Source of the DNA: Trichoplax sp. H2
Lineage: Eukaryota
Length of the DNA: 64,000 nucleotides
Assembly (NCBI GenBank): GCA_003344405.1
Contig: NOWV01000126.1
Location: forward strand, 62,001 to 126,000
Direction of reading: 5' to 3'
In this document: positions 1 to 12,643 of the stretch, piece by piece
Numbering within the stretch: position 1 is the stretch's first letter
Layout of the letters: every line of letters starts with the position of its first letter
The notes under the pieces: generated by a model
Told to the model about the DNA's origin: nothing
What the model saw: only the letters and a program-made list of their open reading frames with translations
Databases searched by the model: none
Made by a program: the position numbers and the translations under genes

Positions 1-21
1 TCTCTGGGGGTATACTTGTAG

Positions 22-3000
22 ACAATAGTCAACAAACTGCTGAAAAATGCAAACTGAAGCTGTTAATACTACGAAATTATCCACAGACCATAATAACCCA
101 TGGCGTAAGCTCTAAGCATGAATTACGGAATGCATGTATCATTAACTATTTTGATTCTAGCAAAGTATAGGTGCTGTAATGTGTATGGTATTCATTTACA
201 TGAATACTTCGAACTTGCAATAAATTTTAATTAGTAGATATTCATATGGTTGTTAAAATATTTGTAATATCACATTGTTTACTCCGAAAAATTGAACAGA
301 AAGAGCTAGTGAATACCTTAGAGGATGCATTAAACAACCCAAAAGATGATCGGTACTTAATGGAGTTCGAATCTTTACTAGGTACATTATCCCACGCCTT
401 ATTTGCATTTTTTTATTAATTTCTAATCTTAACAAACAGATATTATATAAGAAGCTCTTGACGTTACGTAGTATATATTTTTAAAAAGTCTGTTGATAAT
501 TAAATGGGTGTGTATGTTAATTTATTACAGCATGCTCCGTTGTTCCTTTGATTTTAAAAAGCGACCGTATTCTATTCGCTGACAACCCGGATGAGGTACT
601 GATTAAATATCGCACAGTCAATTTCATTAATTGTCACATTTTTATAGCGACTACTATAAAGAGTAAAGTTGTCTTTAACAGTAATTTACCTCTTAGTTTA
701 ATTGGAAATTATCACTATTTTTTGAAAGTACGATGCCGATAATATTGTATATCTACCTACGACTTCTCTATACAACTGGCTGGAATTGTCTATTCGTTAC
801 TTTCTGCTCAAAAAACATAGTGGAAACAGTGCGGCGCATTACAAAGATGTTATCGATACTTTGGTGTCTGTCGCATCTAAAGCAAATTGGGCTAATGATG
901 GAAAGATTGAAGAGTGCTTTATACCATTGCTAAAGGGGTTAGTATCAACTATCATGCTGCCGTGAAATGGTAAATAAATAAAAATACGTTTTAAATAATA
1001 TGTCACGTTGTGGTAATTAATCAATTTATAGTGACGTAGAAAAATGCTGGAAATTGCTACAGAACCTCAGTCAATCGGACATAACTAAAGAAGAAGTTTT
1101 GTACTCATACTTTGTGTTGTTATGCTATGCTGCATATCATTATAATCTAAATGCGACAGGAGGTTTACAATTTGATCGCCAAATTTCTAATTGCTGTGAT
1201 GAAATTGTTGATCGTTTTCTTGATTATAATTCTTCTTTCATGTAGTATTTGAAATAGAAGATAGCGCAAACCTGGCTCTTGGTTCTGCCAGCAATAATGG
1301 ATACGTTTTACTGCAATCGGTTTGCGAAGTCACAGCGTCTATAGAGGTGAGCTTTATTTCGCCTTTACTGTTGTATTGTTTTTAGAACAGAGTAACATAA
1401 GTTAACATGAAGCTTATCTTAGCAGACATGTAGAAATTAAAGATACTGTTTGATTTATGCTTGAAACAATCGATCGCACTTACTAATCCGCTTTTATTGC
1501 TATTATATTTACGTTCCACAACTTAGGATAGCGATAACGAAGATGTATATATGGAACCGAAACCGCCCGGTAATTTATTCTTACAATATCGTGTGGTTAT
1601 AATATTGCATCTATAATGTAATGGCTATGTTTGCCTAGTGAAGTTCACTGTGTTTGATTTTAATTTTTCCTGAATGTGATAATTAAGCGTCTGAACCCCA
1701 CTTTTATCCATTCTTGACGGTGGCTACTAAATGCTGGAAGGTATTGGCCCACTCCGATTACCGTTCTGGTAAATTTTTTTATGATTGTCAGCCACTATTA
1801 AAAATTGAAATTCTATTGTCAGCTTATTTCAAATCATGCAAGTCATATTAAACCCTTTCTGCATGTATTTATTTATTCTTATTATTAAGACTTTAGACGA
1901 ATACGAAAGAGACTACGTTTCGAATATTACTTTACTTCTCTCCGTGTTGATATGCTTATTTACGAAGTAAGAGTAAAAATACTTATTTTGGTACGGTTCG
2001 ATATGCTATTAATTTCGATTACTTGACTAATCAACGCATACGTTTATATTAAGGGAGAATATGATGGAGCAATAAAATGGATTAGTAGTCATTTATCAAA
2101 GACGGAATTTGACGAAGAAGATGCTCCACATGTGAGATTGTCGATAATTTTATTATAATCTTATTATCAGTTTTAATAGTTGACTGATGCATCTTAAGGA
2201 GGGGTAGAAATATCCATTTATTTCACTTTCGAATTAACATATACCAACCACTATTCGAAATAATCTTATAATTTACCTCGTTTGATGTAATAAATCGGAT
2301 TATTAAACTCTTCTTTACAGTCCGTCATACGTTTCGTGTTACAACTTGCTAGTTGCTTACTTTGCATCAATAAGCATAAGGTAATTCTAATAATTTACAA
2401 TTGCTAGATACTATTATAGAGGTACAGACAAATAAGATATATGTATTTAAGTATTATTCAATCTGCAAATATTACAGGAAGGCTGTAGGAATATTTTAAA
2501 ATTTATGATGCTGTACGCTCCAGTAAATCACATTCAATCTTCCAGTGGAACAGACATGATTATAGACTTATCAAATGATAGTAAGTTTAAAGATTTATGA
2601 ACTGTATCAATAACTTTGCTTCAAATTATGACTGCGTTGTAATCAACTTCTCGTAATTCGCTTGATCTAGGTAATAGTAAGCGATTTATAAAGTTCATTC
2701 CTTACATCGACAGCAATTTAATGAAGTTCTGTATTGAGCATCTACTATATTGTTTGCAGGTATCGTATTATCTGGCATCGTTATCCTTTCATAATATTTC
2801 TAAAAATGATTACATACTTTTCGATTTCGATAGAGAGGAATAACCAGAAGATCTGACGATACGGCCATGGGTCATATCATCGTGTTATCGCAATATGACT
2901 GGCCAAATTACTCATCTTATTTTGACTTTGTGACTGAAAAAATCCTTGAATCTGGACAATTTACCTATCCATCGTTCTTTGATTACGTTATAAGTAAGTG

Positions 3001-3497
3001 ATGTTTATGTGTTCCTATATAAGTTACAATAATTTTCAATGGCAGGCCAATATCGGACAATGCAATCTTGCATATCTTAATGAACCATTTTGGACAAACA
3101 TTGTAGATATTGATATTTTGGAAATATTCGCTCATTTTAATTCGACACAAGGGGGAGAAAATGATAAAATTAGGCTATCATTGTTGGCTAAAACCTCAAG
3201 TTCTACAAGGTGCATCGTAATGTTTAGAAGTATCATTAATAGCTTCAATTTACATTTGAGACTTATAATTAATAACATGCAGAAATATCGTAATTCATGT
3301 GAAAATTTATAATCTAATTCCAAAAATTATGCCTGTTATATAGAACACGTACAGTTACTAGGGGATTAAATAAGGGCGCAAAGGAAGAGTTTCGCATCGC
3401 AATGGAACGCCAAATCCTCAAATGGAATGACTGCGTCAACGAAATTCTCCAAAACTTCTTAACTTCAGAACATCATTCCATTCTATCTTGTTTCTAA
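22..3497 (+). CDS. INTS10: Integrator complex subunit 10 (multi-exon, 5' end lies upstream of the window)
   Basis: Spliced GT-AG exons translate to recognisable INTS10 segments. Exon ~22-104 gives LLILRNYPQTIITHG and exon 531-595 gives CSVVPLILKSD. Exons at ~2834-2993 and 3107-3209 give DDTAMGHIIVLSQYDWP...GQFTYPSFFDYVI/NIDILEIFAHF. The last exon, 3344-3497, gives RTVTRGLNKGAKEEFRIAMERQ...TAA, matching the remembered INTS10 C-terminus ([21 protein letters not shown]). Not all middle exons were resolved. Confidence 0.88.
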
Positions 3498-3874
3498 CGT
3501 ACGTACTGTTAATGTATCTATCTTCTCCCTTGTGCATATCAATTAATACTAATTAAAATCTGTGAACTTGCTGTAACGTCAAATTTTTTGAACAGCTTCC
3601 GAGATAAAGTACATCTATAACTTATATTGCAGCTTTGAACAAAAAGTTTAAAGTGGTTTATGAAATGTTAATAAATTCTTATGCTACAATTCATTAATTT
3701 TTGCTAAATAATTCAAGTTACATGTCGAAATGATATTACTGCAAGTAAATCATTACCATATCATTATTGTTATAAGTTCAACAAAAGTATACATTCTACT
3801 ACTGTATGGGTTATCGATATTTGATACAAGAAAAATCTGTTGTGCAGTAGCTACATTAAATTGCTTGAAGCCTA

Positions 3875-6800
3875 TTATGCTTTTCGCGATCTTTTCGAGC
3901 GATCAATCTCGAATGGGTCATCGCTATCGTCTTCGTCAACCTGATATACCAAAGAACAGCTAATTAAATGAAGAGAAACGACATTATTAATTAATTGGAG
4001 ATATATAACGGTGCTTACAAGATTAATGACTTCCGATTTCTTGGATTTTAATCTATTGGGTAAAAAGTTAAAGTATTTCCTCATTCGAGATATTTAAGAA
4101 CTCGTAAGTTTTAAGTCAAGATTACATTCAACAAAATTATAAACTTACGTAGAGCTAGCCGTAGCAGTTGCTGGCTTCCTCGTGAATACCTTCATAATTA
4201 TCGGATTTAGAATACGTTGTTATATGTATTAAAACAGGAAACAATGATTGCAAACTGGTATCAATTAAATAAGTACATTAAAAAGGGTGCTATCTTGAGA
4301 AAAGCGGTACTTACACAGCCTGAACTTGTAATAGCTGCTGTTATTAGAAGATAATATGTATAAGTAAATTATAACAATGTTGACCGAAACTAAAATTTTA
4401 GATGTAAGTATTTACTGCCTCTGCCTCTGCCTCTGCTGGGCGTTCGAGAATTCCTATGGCCTCTTGTTTGACCTCGAGCACGATCACGGCTGCGGTTACC
4501 TCTCCCGTTATTTTCTGGATTTGCGGAGGTAGATGGCTTAACAATATCTTCATCAGAATCACTGAAGTCCTTTTCATCGTCATAGTCTCCCCTGTGACGC
4601 CTTTTAATTTGAGCACCTTCGATCGCCTAGCAATCACAAGTGCAGGGGTAACATATAGTAAACATAACAGTTGAATTGAGTAAGAATTTGGTAATAGGTA
4701 AACTAGTATAAATTTAAGAACATGAGAACGAAATCTACTTTTCGCATATCTTCATTTCCGAAGACCGTTTCTTTATAAATTTCCACCTTGATGTAAAATT
4801 AAGTCGATTAATACCTATTGTTCAGTACAAATAGATCTTGTAATTTATAGTAATCAAACATACTTGTTGATCCAACTGAAGGTCAGTCGAGCCTTGATTT
4901 TTCTTCAGCAAATTTTGCATCTTTTTCAAAGAATGGTGTACTAGTCTAAAATAGTAAAGTTAATGAAACATAGCGTGAATTCCACAAATTCAAATTTATC
5001 AGCTTTAGAATATTTTCATACATACTCCTCAATAATATCATTTTCTTCCTTGTCTACAAATATCCTAACCGCATCTCCAATAGCTTTTTCAGATAGAAAT
5101 TTCATTTGATAAGACTATATAATATAAAAAAAAAATAGCGATCCCTTGTAATTTAATTGATTAATAACGAGGATTAATTAATTAGTTTGTTGCATTCGAT
5201 AATTTTAATCTCTATTGAGTCTACTTATGAAATATACGTATACCGAGTCATTCGCCAATAATTCAGTAATGATATTTTCTATCTTGACGGTTCGCTCAAG
5301 TATACTTATTGGCAATTCCGCATTTTCGATTGATTCCATCTCTTCGTCGTCTAATATCAAGAATATAATGTGATCAACATTTTAAAGTGCGTTAGAAACA
5401 ACAATTAGTGACACAATTCAATAAATAAACTGCTACATTCCTACATTACGAAGTGTTCCAATAAATCAGCAAATTCAGGCTTTTAAAATAATAATATATA
5501 TTGTATGTACCTGTAATTTCCCTCCTGGTTCTTTTCTTATAAAAATGTACAATATCTTTAGGGTTTGCTACACGACCAACAAACTGCTGGCCAAATCTCA
5601 ATGAATTAAATGGAATATATCCACCACTATAATCAACCTATATTAGTAAGCATGATAATATTGTCAGTGAAATATAAGTGATATAAGGATTTAGTAGTCT
5701 CACCGAATTGTAACGACCGCACCTTTAGTCTTATTAACGGCTCCGTAGGCTGTCTTGTACTGCCAGAATGCTCAGCTTCAGCTTTTGATATCATAGATTC
5801 GATCTATAGTTGAACAATTGTTGACAGTACAGATAAATAAAAGCAAATTGCGTCATTTAGTTTTAACAGTATTCCAATCACCTTTTTTTTCACGTAAGAT
5901 ACAATCTCTTGTTCATGTCTTTCATCGCAAGAAATGCCAGTTTCTTGAAGACAAAGCTCATCGATGTAAAAAGGTCGGACAGTATTTAAAGGAATCTCTT
6001 CTACTTTAAAAGTCTTGTTGAAGACTTTTAAGATCGCAACATGCCTATTTAAAAAAAGTTTAATAACAGCTTGGAGTTACAAGAGCAAGTTTAAGTACAG
6101 GAAAGGATTACATATTGAAGGGATTTGAAAATTATAAAGAATATATGTCATTTTCATAGTTGCTATTACTTTCTTTTAGCTTCCCCTTCAGTTAAAGATG
6201 TGGCAACTGTTGAACCCGGTTGACAAACAAAAAAGTTGGTTTTAGGATTCCATTCAGGAGTTATTAAGCTCTCGTGCTCATGACCCCAAATGACTAAATC
6301 CAGAAAATCGCTTAAGAATTCTTCTGGGATATAGTTCTTTTCGCCGTGTTTAACCCTAGAGCAATAGTAGGTTATTTCGTATAGTTTTCCTTCATTAGAC
6401 CAACGTGTTATCTCTATGACTAACCTGTTTTGGTGCACGACCATAATATTAAACCAGTTATCAGTGTCCATTTTCGGTTTTAACATTGTTATTTTTTCAC
6501 TGGCAAAGAGTCGATGTAGGCGTTCATCACGTACGGAACCTAACCCGTAAACTGCCAATTTTGACTTGCCTTTTTGCATCAATAACGGACTAATTGAGAT
6601 TTCATCAACGGAGCTTGTTTTTCCAAAGTAGTTGACTAATCCCGATGAACTAAGCAAGTCGATAGCTGATAAATTCTTGGAGCCGGAAGGATCATCATGA
6701 TTACCATGTATTGTAAAAACCGGCGTAGAAATATTATAATTTGGATCTTCATAATTAATGACCGGGAAACTGAAACAATAACATGAGTGATAACATTTTA

Positions 6801-8728
6801 TTTTTTTTCCTACATTAACATCATAATTATGTTTATTCTGTACGAAGAGTACGTAAATTGAGAAGTGATTTTAATATACTTTTTAACGTATTTGATAGAG
6901 TGAGTTAATTTGAGCAACTAAATACGCAAGATCTGACCTGCTGGACCAAAAATTGACGGACTGATCGCTCAAAAATTCCACTTGACAAGGCTTATCACCA
7001 AGGCAGTATTTCCTTAGTATTTCGATACATCCGTGTAACGTAGCACGAGAAGGCTTATTTTCATGGAATAAGTCGCCTCCAAGTAACACAAAGTCAACCT
7101 AACATTCGTAATCAAGATAGAAGTTGGTATATTGTCATAGCTAGTGGTTAGGCATTGCCCGATATCAATTTGATTACAAATTTAATTGTGCCTATCCGTT
7201 TCACTGAGATGGTTAGGTACGGACACTGCGAGCTTATTTCAATTATGAATATGTCATTGGTCAATGAAATTAGTGATGAACTACCTCATGCTCTTTAGCT
7301 ATTTCAAATACTTCTTCGAAGGTAACTAACGAATCATGGCCGCGAATTGGATCTTTTTCTTTATAGCCCAAGTGGCAATCTGATGCTGAAGAAAGCAATG
7401 GAAATATTGAGAGTTAAAAATAACAAAATGATGAATCATTTACAAGTAGTTGGTTACTATAGAAGCTATTAATCTCTTTGATGAGAAGACTAGCAGAGAG
7501 CAATATTTCATAAGTAAATGTCTACAGTACAGTACAGTATTATCTAGGGTACATATAAACTGTATGAGACTACGTGTAACATGAATTAATCATGTAATAC
7601 CGTCATTCAAACATCATATCGATGCGCATTCGAATGAATAAGCTAGCATAATCGAAGTGCTCATGCATAGCATGAGTAAACTAGGCGAAAAGTGTTTTCT
7701 AGCTAGCCATAAATAATATCATTCAGTTTGCAGTAAGTTTACAAAATTATGTCGTTTGAGCTTTACAGTACCCCTATTTTGTAGAGTACGTATGAATATC
7801 TTAACAGCAAGAGTAAGTATGGATTATATCACTCATTTATAGAAAAACACAAAGTGAAGATGTTTTTTCTTTACAATACCAAAGTGTAAATTGTAATTTT
7901 ACTTTGTCGTGTACATTGCATAGCACATCACTCTATTCCTCTTGGAATATGTGCACAACCATTGACTCCGTATATCAATAAGAATACTGCAGTAGATTGC
8001 ATGTACTGCTGGTATTTAAAATTGTATGATGTAAAATCAGGCAAATCTGTATCACTGCATGGCGTCTATTACTATCGTTAGCGGAAGTATAGGATGCTCT
8101 CTTCTTGCTACAGTTCTAGACATATTTGGAAACAGTGTAAGCTATAGACTGTAAAGATATCCTAGTTACAAATTTGAAGCTCAAATAAGTAACTGCTATA
8201 CAGTAGTGTAGTACCCCTATCGACGAGCTGTCGCATTGGATCACTACTGTAGTCATCTCATTGTATATTACAATATCGTCTACACTAGAGGAAAATTGAC
8301 AGCCAATTGTAAAGTCTATCACTGCACTATACCAAGTCTCCTCTATCGACAGTATTGACTATACAGTAGAGTAAGATTGCAGGCGGACTACTGTACAGTC
8401 CTCAGTCATGCACTACTCCCGTAAATCCTATTTCATCATCTTAGCAAAATGTATTTCCTTGCATGTTGTCTAATATCAAGACTTACCAATCAAGATGGAA
8501 AAAGTATCCTCTTCTTGCTTCCTATCATATTGAATTGAATTGATTATTATTATTATTATTATTTATTTATTAAGATGACATCATAAATATAGCAAAAACT
8601 AACCCAACTAGTTGACTACATAGCTATATTAGAATAGGAATACTCAATTGCATAGTATTATCATAAGTTATCCAAAAATTCAATCTCCATTGCAACAACG
8701 AAAGGGAAACCTGCCTGTTTTGCTCCAT
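3875..8728 (-). CDS. MRE11: Double-strand break repair nuclease MRE11 (multi-exon)
   Basis: Exons encode the phosphoesterase motifs [48 protein letters not shown] and [10 protein letters not shown]. They also encode the capping region LPLIRL/VANPKDI-like segments, an RG-rich GAR segment (~4410-4510, RGRGRG) and an acidic C-terminus [10 protein letters not shown]...TAA at 3875. Putative ATG at 8728 with short exons 8728-8715/8711 and 8521-8487. Confidence 0.96.
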
Positions 8729-8934
8729 TTTCCTGACCTCGGTAGTCTTCGACCTGAGCAGATTGCAGAGTTTTGCCGCTTTGCAGCACACCGACTGCAC
8801 ACTCAGTTCAGTATTGGCTCCATTTCGTTACAGCAACACCGACCTCCAGTTTGGCTCAAAACTACACTCTAGTTAATAGCGTATCGTATTAACTTTAACA
8901 TGTTCAAACGGTTACGCCAGCAAAACCTGTGGGT

Positions 8935-11070
8935 CCACGCCGTACTGTACCGGACTGGAACTTTCTGTACAATACCGTACAGTGTACAGTGTACAGTGTA
9001 CAGTACAGTAATGTCATGGGAAAAATGGAACTAAAACTAACGTGCAAATACACTAGTTTATATGGATATGTAATCTTTGAATTGACTGCGTATGGCACCG
9101 TTCTGTACTGTACCGCGAAACCTCTTTTCCCCTTGTACTGTACTGTCCAGTATAAACACGATCAACATTCACTAAGTGAAGCAGTGTGCACTTGCGCAGT
9201 TCAAGGATAGTGATCCCTCAAGAAAGAAATGGGCGCAATTGACAATTTTTGGATGAAGATCATGGCGTTATCTCGCGTTGCGCACAGCCTCAATCTAGTT
9301 TAATTTGCTTGATTGAAGCGAGAATGCCTTGGAAAAGACTAAAAAACTTACAAAGAACGGTGAATGACGAGTTGAAAATAATTTCGATGAATCCTGGATG
9401 ACCTGATGGACATGCTGTCGAGACGAAAGGTTGATGGAAATGTTGTTCCATTTTGACGTATTTCAATTCAATTTCCGCAGTGTCTGGTTCACGACTGCGG
9501 TGTAGTCTGCAGAGGATGCTGCTGCTGTACTGCTAATCACACTACAGTGCTGTACAGTAGACGTACACTATATTATACAGTACATGTTTGCAAACATTAA
9601 CTTACAGTACTTCATTTTGTGTTACTACCCTATTACAGCAGAGTCCGATGAGCATACCGTGATATTGGTATTGATTAGCATCGATTACAAATTGACTTGA
9701 AATTGAAATGGGTCCATTTCACAAACTTGTAAAATGATGATTTGACCATATGGTCAACCCGACCCACTGTTGATGAATGGAGTGAATGAGTCATGTATAG
9801 TAGTGTATAGTATATTTGCAGTAAATTAATCATCAAGTTGACAACATACGACACTGTCTGACTGCGTGAACGGCAGCTGAGAAATTTCTCACTTGAGCCA
9901 TCCTGCAAATTGGAACAGAAACTTTCAACACTTCCAGCAGGCCATAAGTACAGTACATAGTACAGTAGGTACAAAAGCAATGCCAATGTTGTCCGATACA
10001 GTCACCTGATGCGATGGCACTCTGTCATGACACGAGTGGATCAGTGCCAACTTTTGATCGAATAAAACTGCCTGCAAAGAGAGAATTGGGAATGGATGTT
10101 TTTTATCCAAGTTGGGGACTAGTTTGGGACAGGGATATACCGAATTCAGTCTTTCCTGTGTACAGTATAGTAATATTAAAGCTCTGAAAAAGTACAGACA
10201 GACAGCCGTTCGGTACAGCGGTCGATTGTTTTTGCCTCACCGTTGATACTGGTAGAACTGTTAAGTACAGGAGTAGGGTACAGTACAGTGTCCACAGTCC
10301 TGTATTGGCATGGAAGTGCACTTGTACTGTACACTGTACACTGTAGAGTACAGTCTTCTAACACCATGAAATTGAACCGGTTCGAGACGGACCGTTCTCA
10401 GGTCTAGTCACTACAGTACCGTAGTTTTGATCGTTGAGCCTGAATGCTGGGAAAAAAGTACAGACAGACATTCGTCATGACACCGTCCTTTAGCCACGAC
10501 AGTACAGCGTATGCAATGAAAGGAAAATGGTAGGAAATTCAGTTTCAAATTTCAAGGGAAAACGCTGGACAGTCTGCAAAGACTTTGCAATGACGCTGTA
10601 CTGTACTTTACTGTCGAGTGTTTTTTGCCTGACTGTGGACACTGGTCGTACGTACAGTCCTCTTTGTACAGTGTACAGTGTACAGTACAGTACTGTACTC
10701 TACTGACGAGTGTTTTTTGCCTGACTGTGAACACTCGTCGTACAGTCCTATTTGTACAGTGTACAGTGTCCTTTATTATCCACGACAGTACTGTACACTG
10801 TACAGTACAGTACTGTACAGTACTCTACAGACGAGTGTTTTTTGCCTGACTGTGTACTGTACTATACTGTGGACACTCGTCGTACAGTCCTCTTCGTACA
10901 GTGTACAGTCTGGCGGACACCATGGTACCGTACGGACACCCACCATGGTGGCGTTACCAACCGACAAGGATTCACCCGGTGGCAATCCTCTCAACACCAT
11001 GGCAATAGTACAATCAATCGTTAGCAGACCATTGATTTCTGTTTTCAAACTACTTTCAACATGGTACCAT
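8935..11070. repeat. Palindrome-rich GTAC/ACAGT low-complexity domain containing a 3-copy ~90-125 bp tandem repeat
   Basis: Dense runs of TACAG/CTGTA/GTACAGT on both strands. The unit CGAGTGTTTTTTGCCTGACTGT...CGTACAGTCCT...GTACAGTGTACAGT starts at 10615, 10707 and 10832. The overlapping ORFs here are repetitive (TVQYCTV/YSVQ) by-products. Confidence 0.85.
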
Positions 11071-11214
11071 TGAACAACATTGAAATAACTGTTACTCATG
11101 CTAGACTAACGTTGGTGTTTTCCCTGGACTGGATACGACAGACTCTAATGGCAAAGAATTTGTTGACTGTATCTTACTCAGTGAACTTTCGTTCTTTCCC
11201 ATAGTAACGTCGGT

Positions 11215-11410
11215 ATCACGTGGTTGCAAGGGCACAACCAAGCTTCATTGGTCTAACCCTGTCACGTGGGTCGATCTCCCCGGCACCCAGCCATCTTTGC
11301 CCTGCAACAGCAAGCGACGGTCAGAACGATAGTACCGTGGGTGTGGTTTTGGAAGCATTAGTCTTCGGCTTGGATTTTTTTTTGTCCACCACACTAGCGC
11401 CATCTTGCTG
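11215..11410. promoter_or_regulatory. GC-richer cluster of promoter-type motifs (2x CACGTG, CCAAT, 2x YY1-like GCCATCTT)
   Basis: CACGTG at 11217 and 11263 (the second as GTCACGTG), ATTGG at 11247, GCCATCTT at 11290 and CGCCATCTT at 11398, in a locally CpG-rich patch. Confidence 0.35.
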
Positions 11411-12596
11411 CCATCACGGCAAGCGCATTGCAGTCATTAGACCATAGGCCGAGCTATCATTTAGTCAGTAGGACTTTCAAGTGGATTGCAAGTCCATTTC
11501 ATCATCATCAACGCGGTACTATGCCAATGATTATGTAAGTTGGAATCGGCTATGCATCTTTTTTTTTTTGTCCATGTCTTGATCAGTAGAGAGAGAAGAT
11601 AGTCAGCAAGAAGTAGATGATACTTTCATGTTGATGACGGTATGATTGGCTTTGGACAAGTCCATTAAATTAGTGTTAAACGAGGGGGCTATCAAAAGGA
11701 TTGCGCTGACTGACGATATCTCCCCCCCAATTCGATCCATTGAAAGCACTGTAATTCGGTCTTTTCATCATTATTTCCAACATGGAGATATACTTTAGTC
11801 ATGGCTTTGGTATTTATGGATGCCATTTTCTTCTACTGATCCATCATGGTTGGTGTAGAAGAAGACTTGAGTCCATGTCTTTCTTGTTGTCCAAGATTGG
11901 CCTCTTACTCATCCATTGCAGGCTGAAAAATTGCGACGTACGTTTGGCATTTACTGCATGCAGTGGATGACTGTGGAAAGTCGCCTTCTTAGACTAGTTG
12001 TTAAAGCGCTTCTTCTTCATACTAGCTTTATTCATCCATTGAAAAGGCTTCTTTATCCATGCTCAAATCGAGTACAGCATCCTTGTTCATCTTTTCATTT
12101 TTTTTTCTTCTTCTCTTCTTTCAAACTCTTCCATGACCAATTTCCAAGCTACATTGAAAAAAAAAAGGGTCGTCCATTAGTCAGCAACATTTTCTTCTTC
12201 CAATCGTTCATCCTATGCTTATTTTAATTGTCATGAAGAAAGTCGTGGGAGAAAAAAAAAAAATGGCCAACCCGTTGGTAAAGTCAGTGTAAGCTGTACA
12301 TACACCAAGTCAAATTGGATGGAAAAGAATACTTGCAAAAAATAAAAATTACTTATTCTGATATTCTTTTTGACTTCCACTTGGAACATTACAATAACAT
12401 CGTACTTTGTCTTAGCGTTACCATCATCGAGTTCTACCAAGTTTTATCCTAGCAGTACTGTATTGGACATCATTGAAAGGCTGCAACTACAACTCAAGAC
12501 AGTTTTTACTACTCCATGATTCCCCACACTGATCCAGAGTTATCTTCCATTATATTTATGGAATTTGTACTATCTAGCCTTTTTTTTTATTGGTGA

Positions 12597-12643
12597 GGGG
12601 GGGGGGNNNNNNNNNNNNNNNNNNNNGGGGGGGGGGGGGGGGG
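12597..12643. other. Poly-G tract interrupted by a 20-N assembly gap
   Basis: G run 12597-12606, N 12607-12626, G run 12627-12643. Confidence 0.95.

Noticed and set aside
10615-10915. CRISPR-like repeat-spacer appearance
   Set aside because: The spacers are homologous low-complexity sequence of unequal length, the context is eukaryotic, and there are no cas genes.
8904-11099. Many overlapping ORFs on both strands
   Set aside because: They are by-products of stop-poor TACAG repeats and show no recognisable domains.
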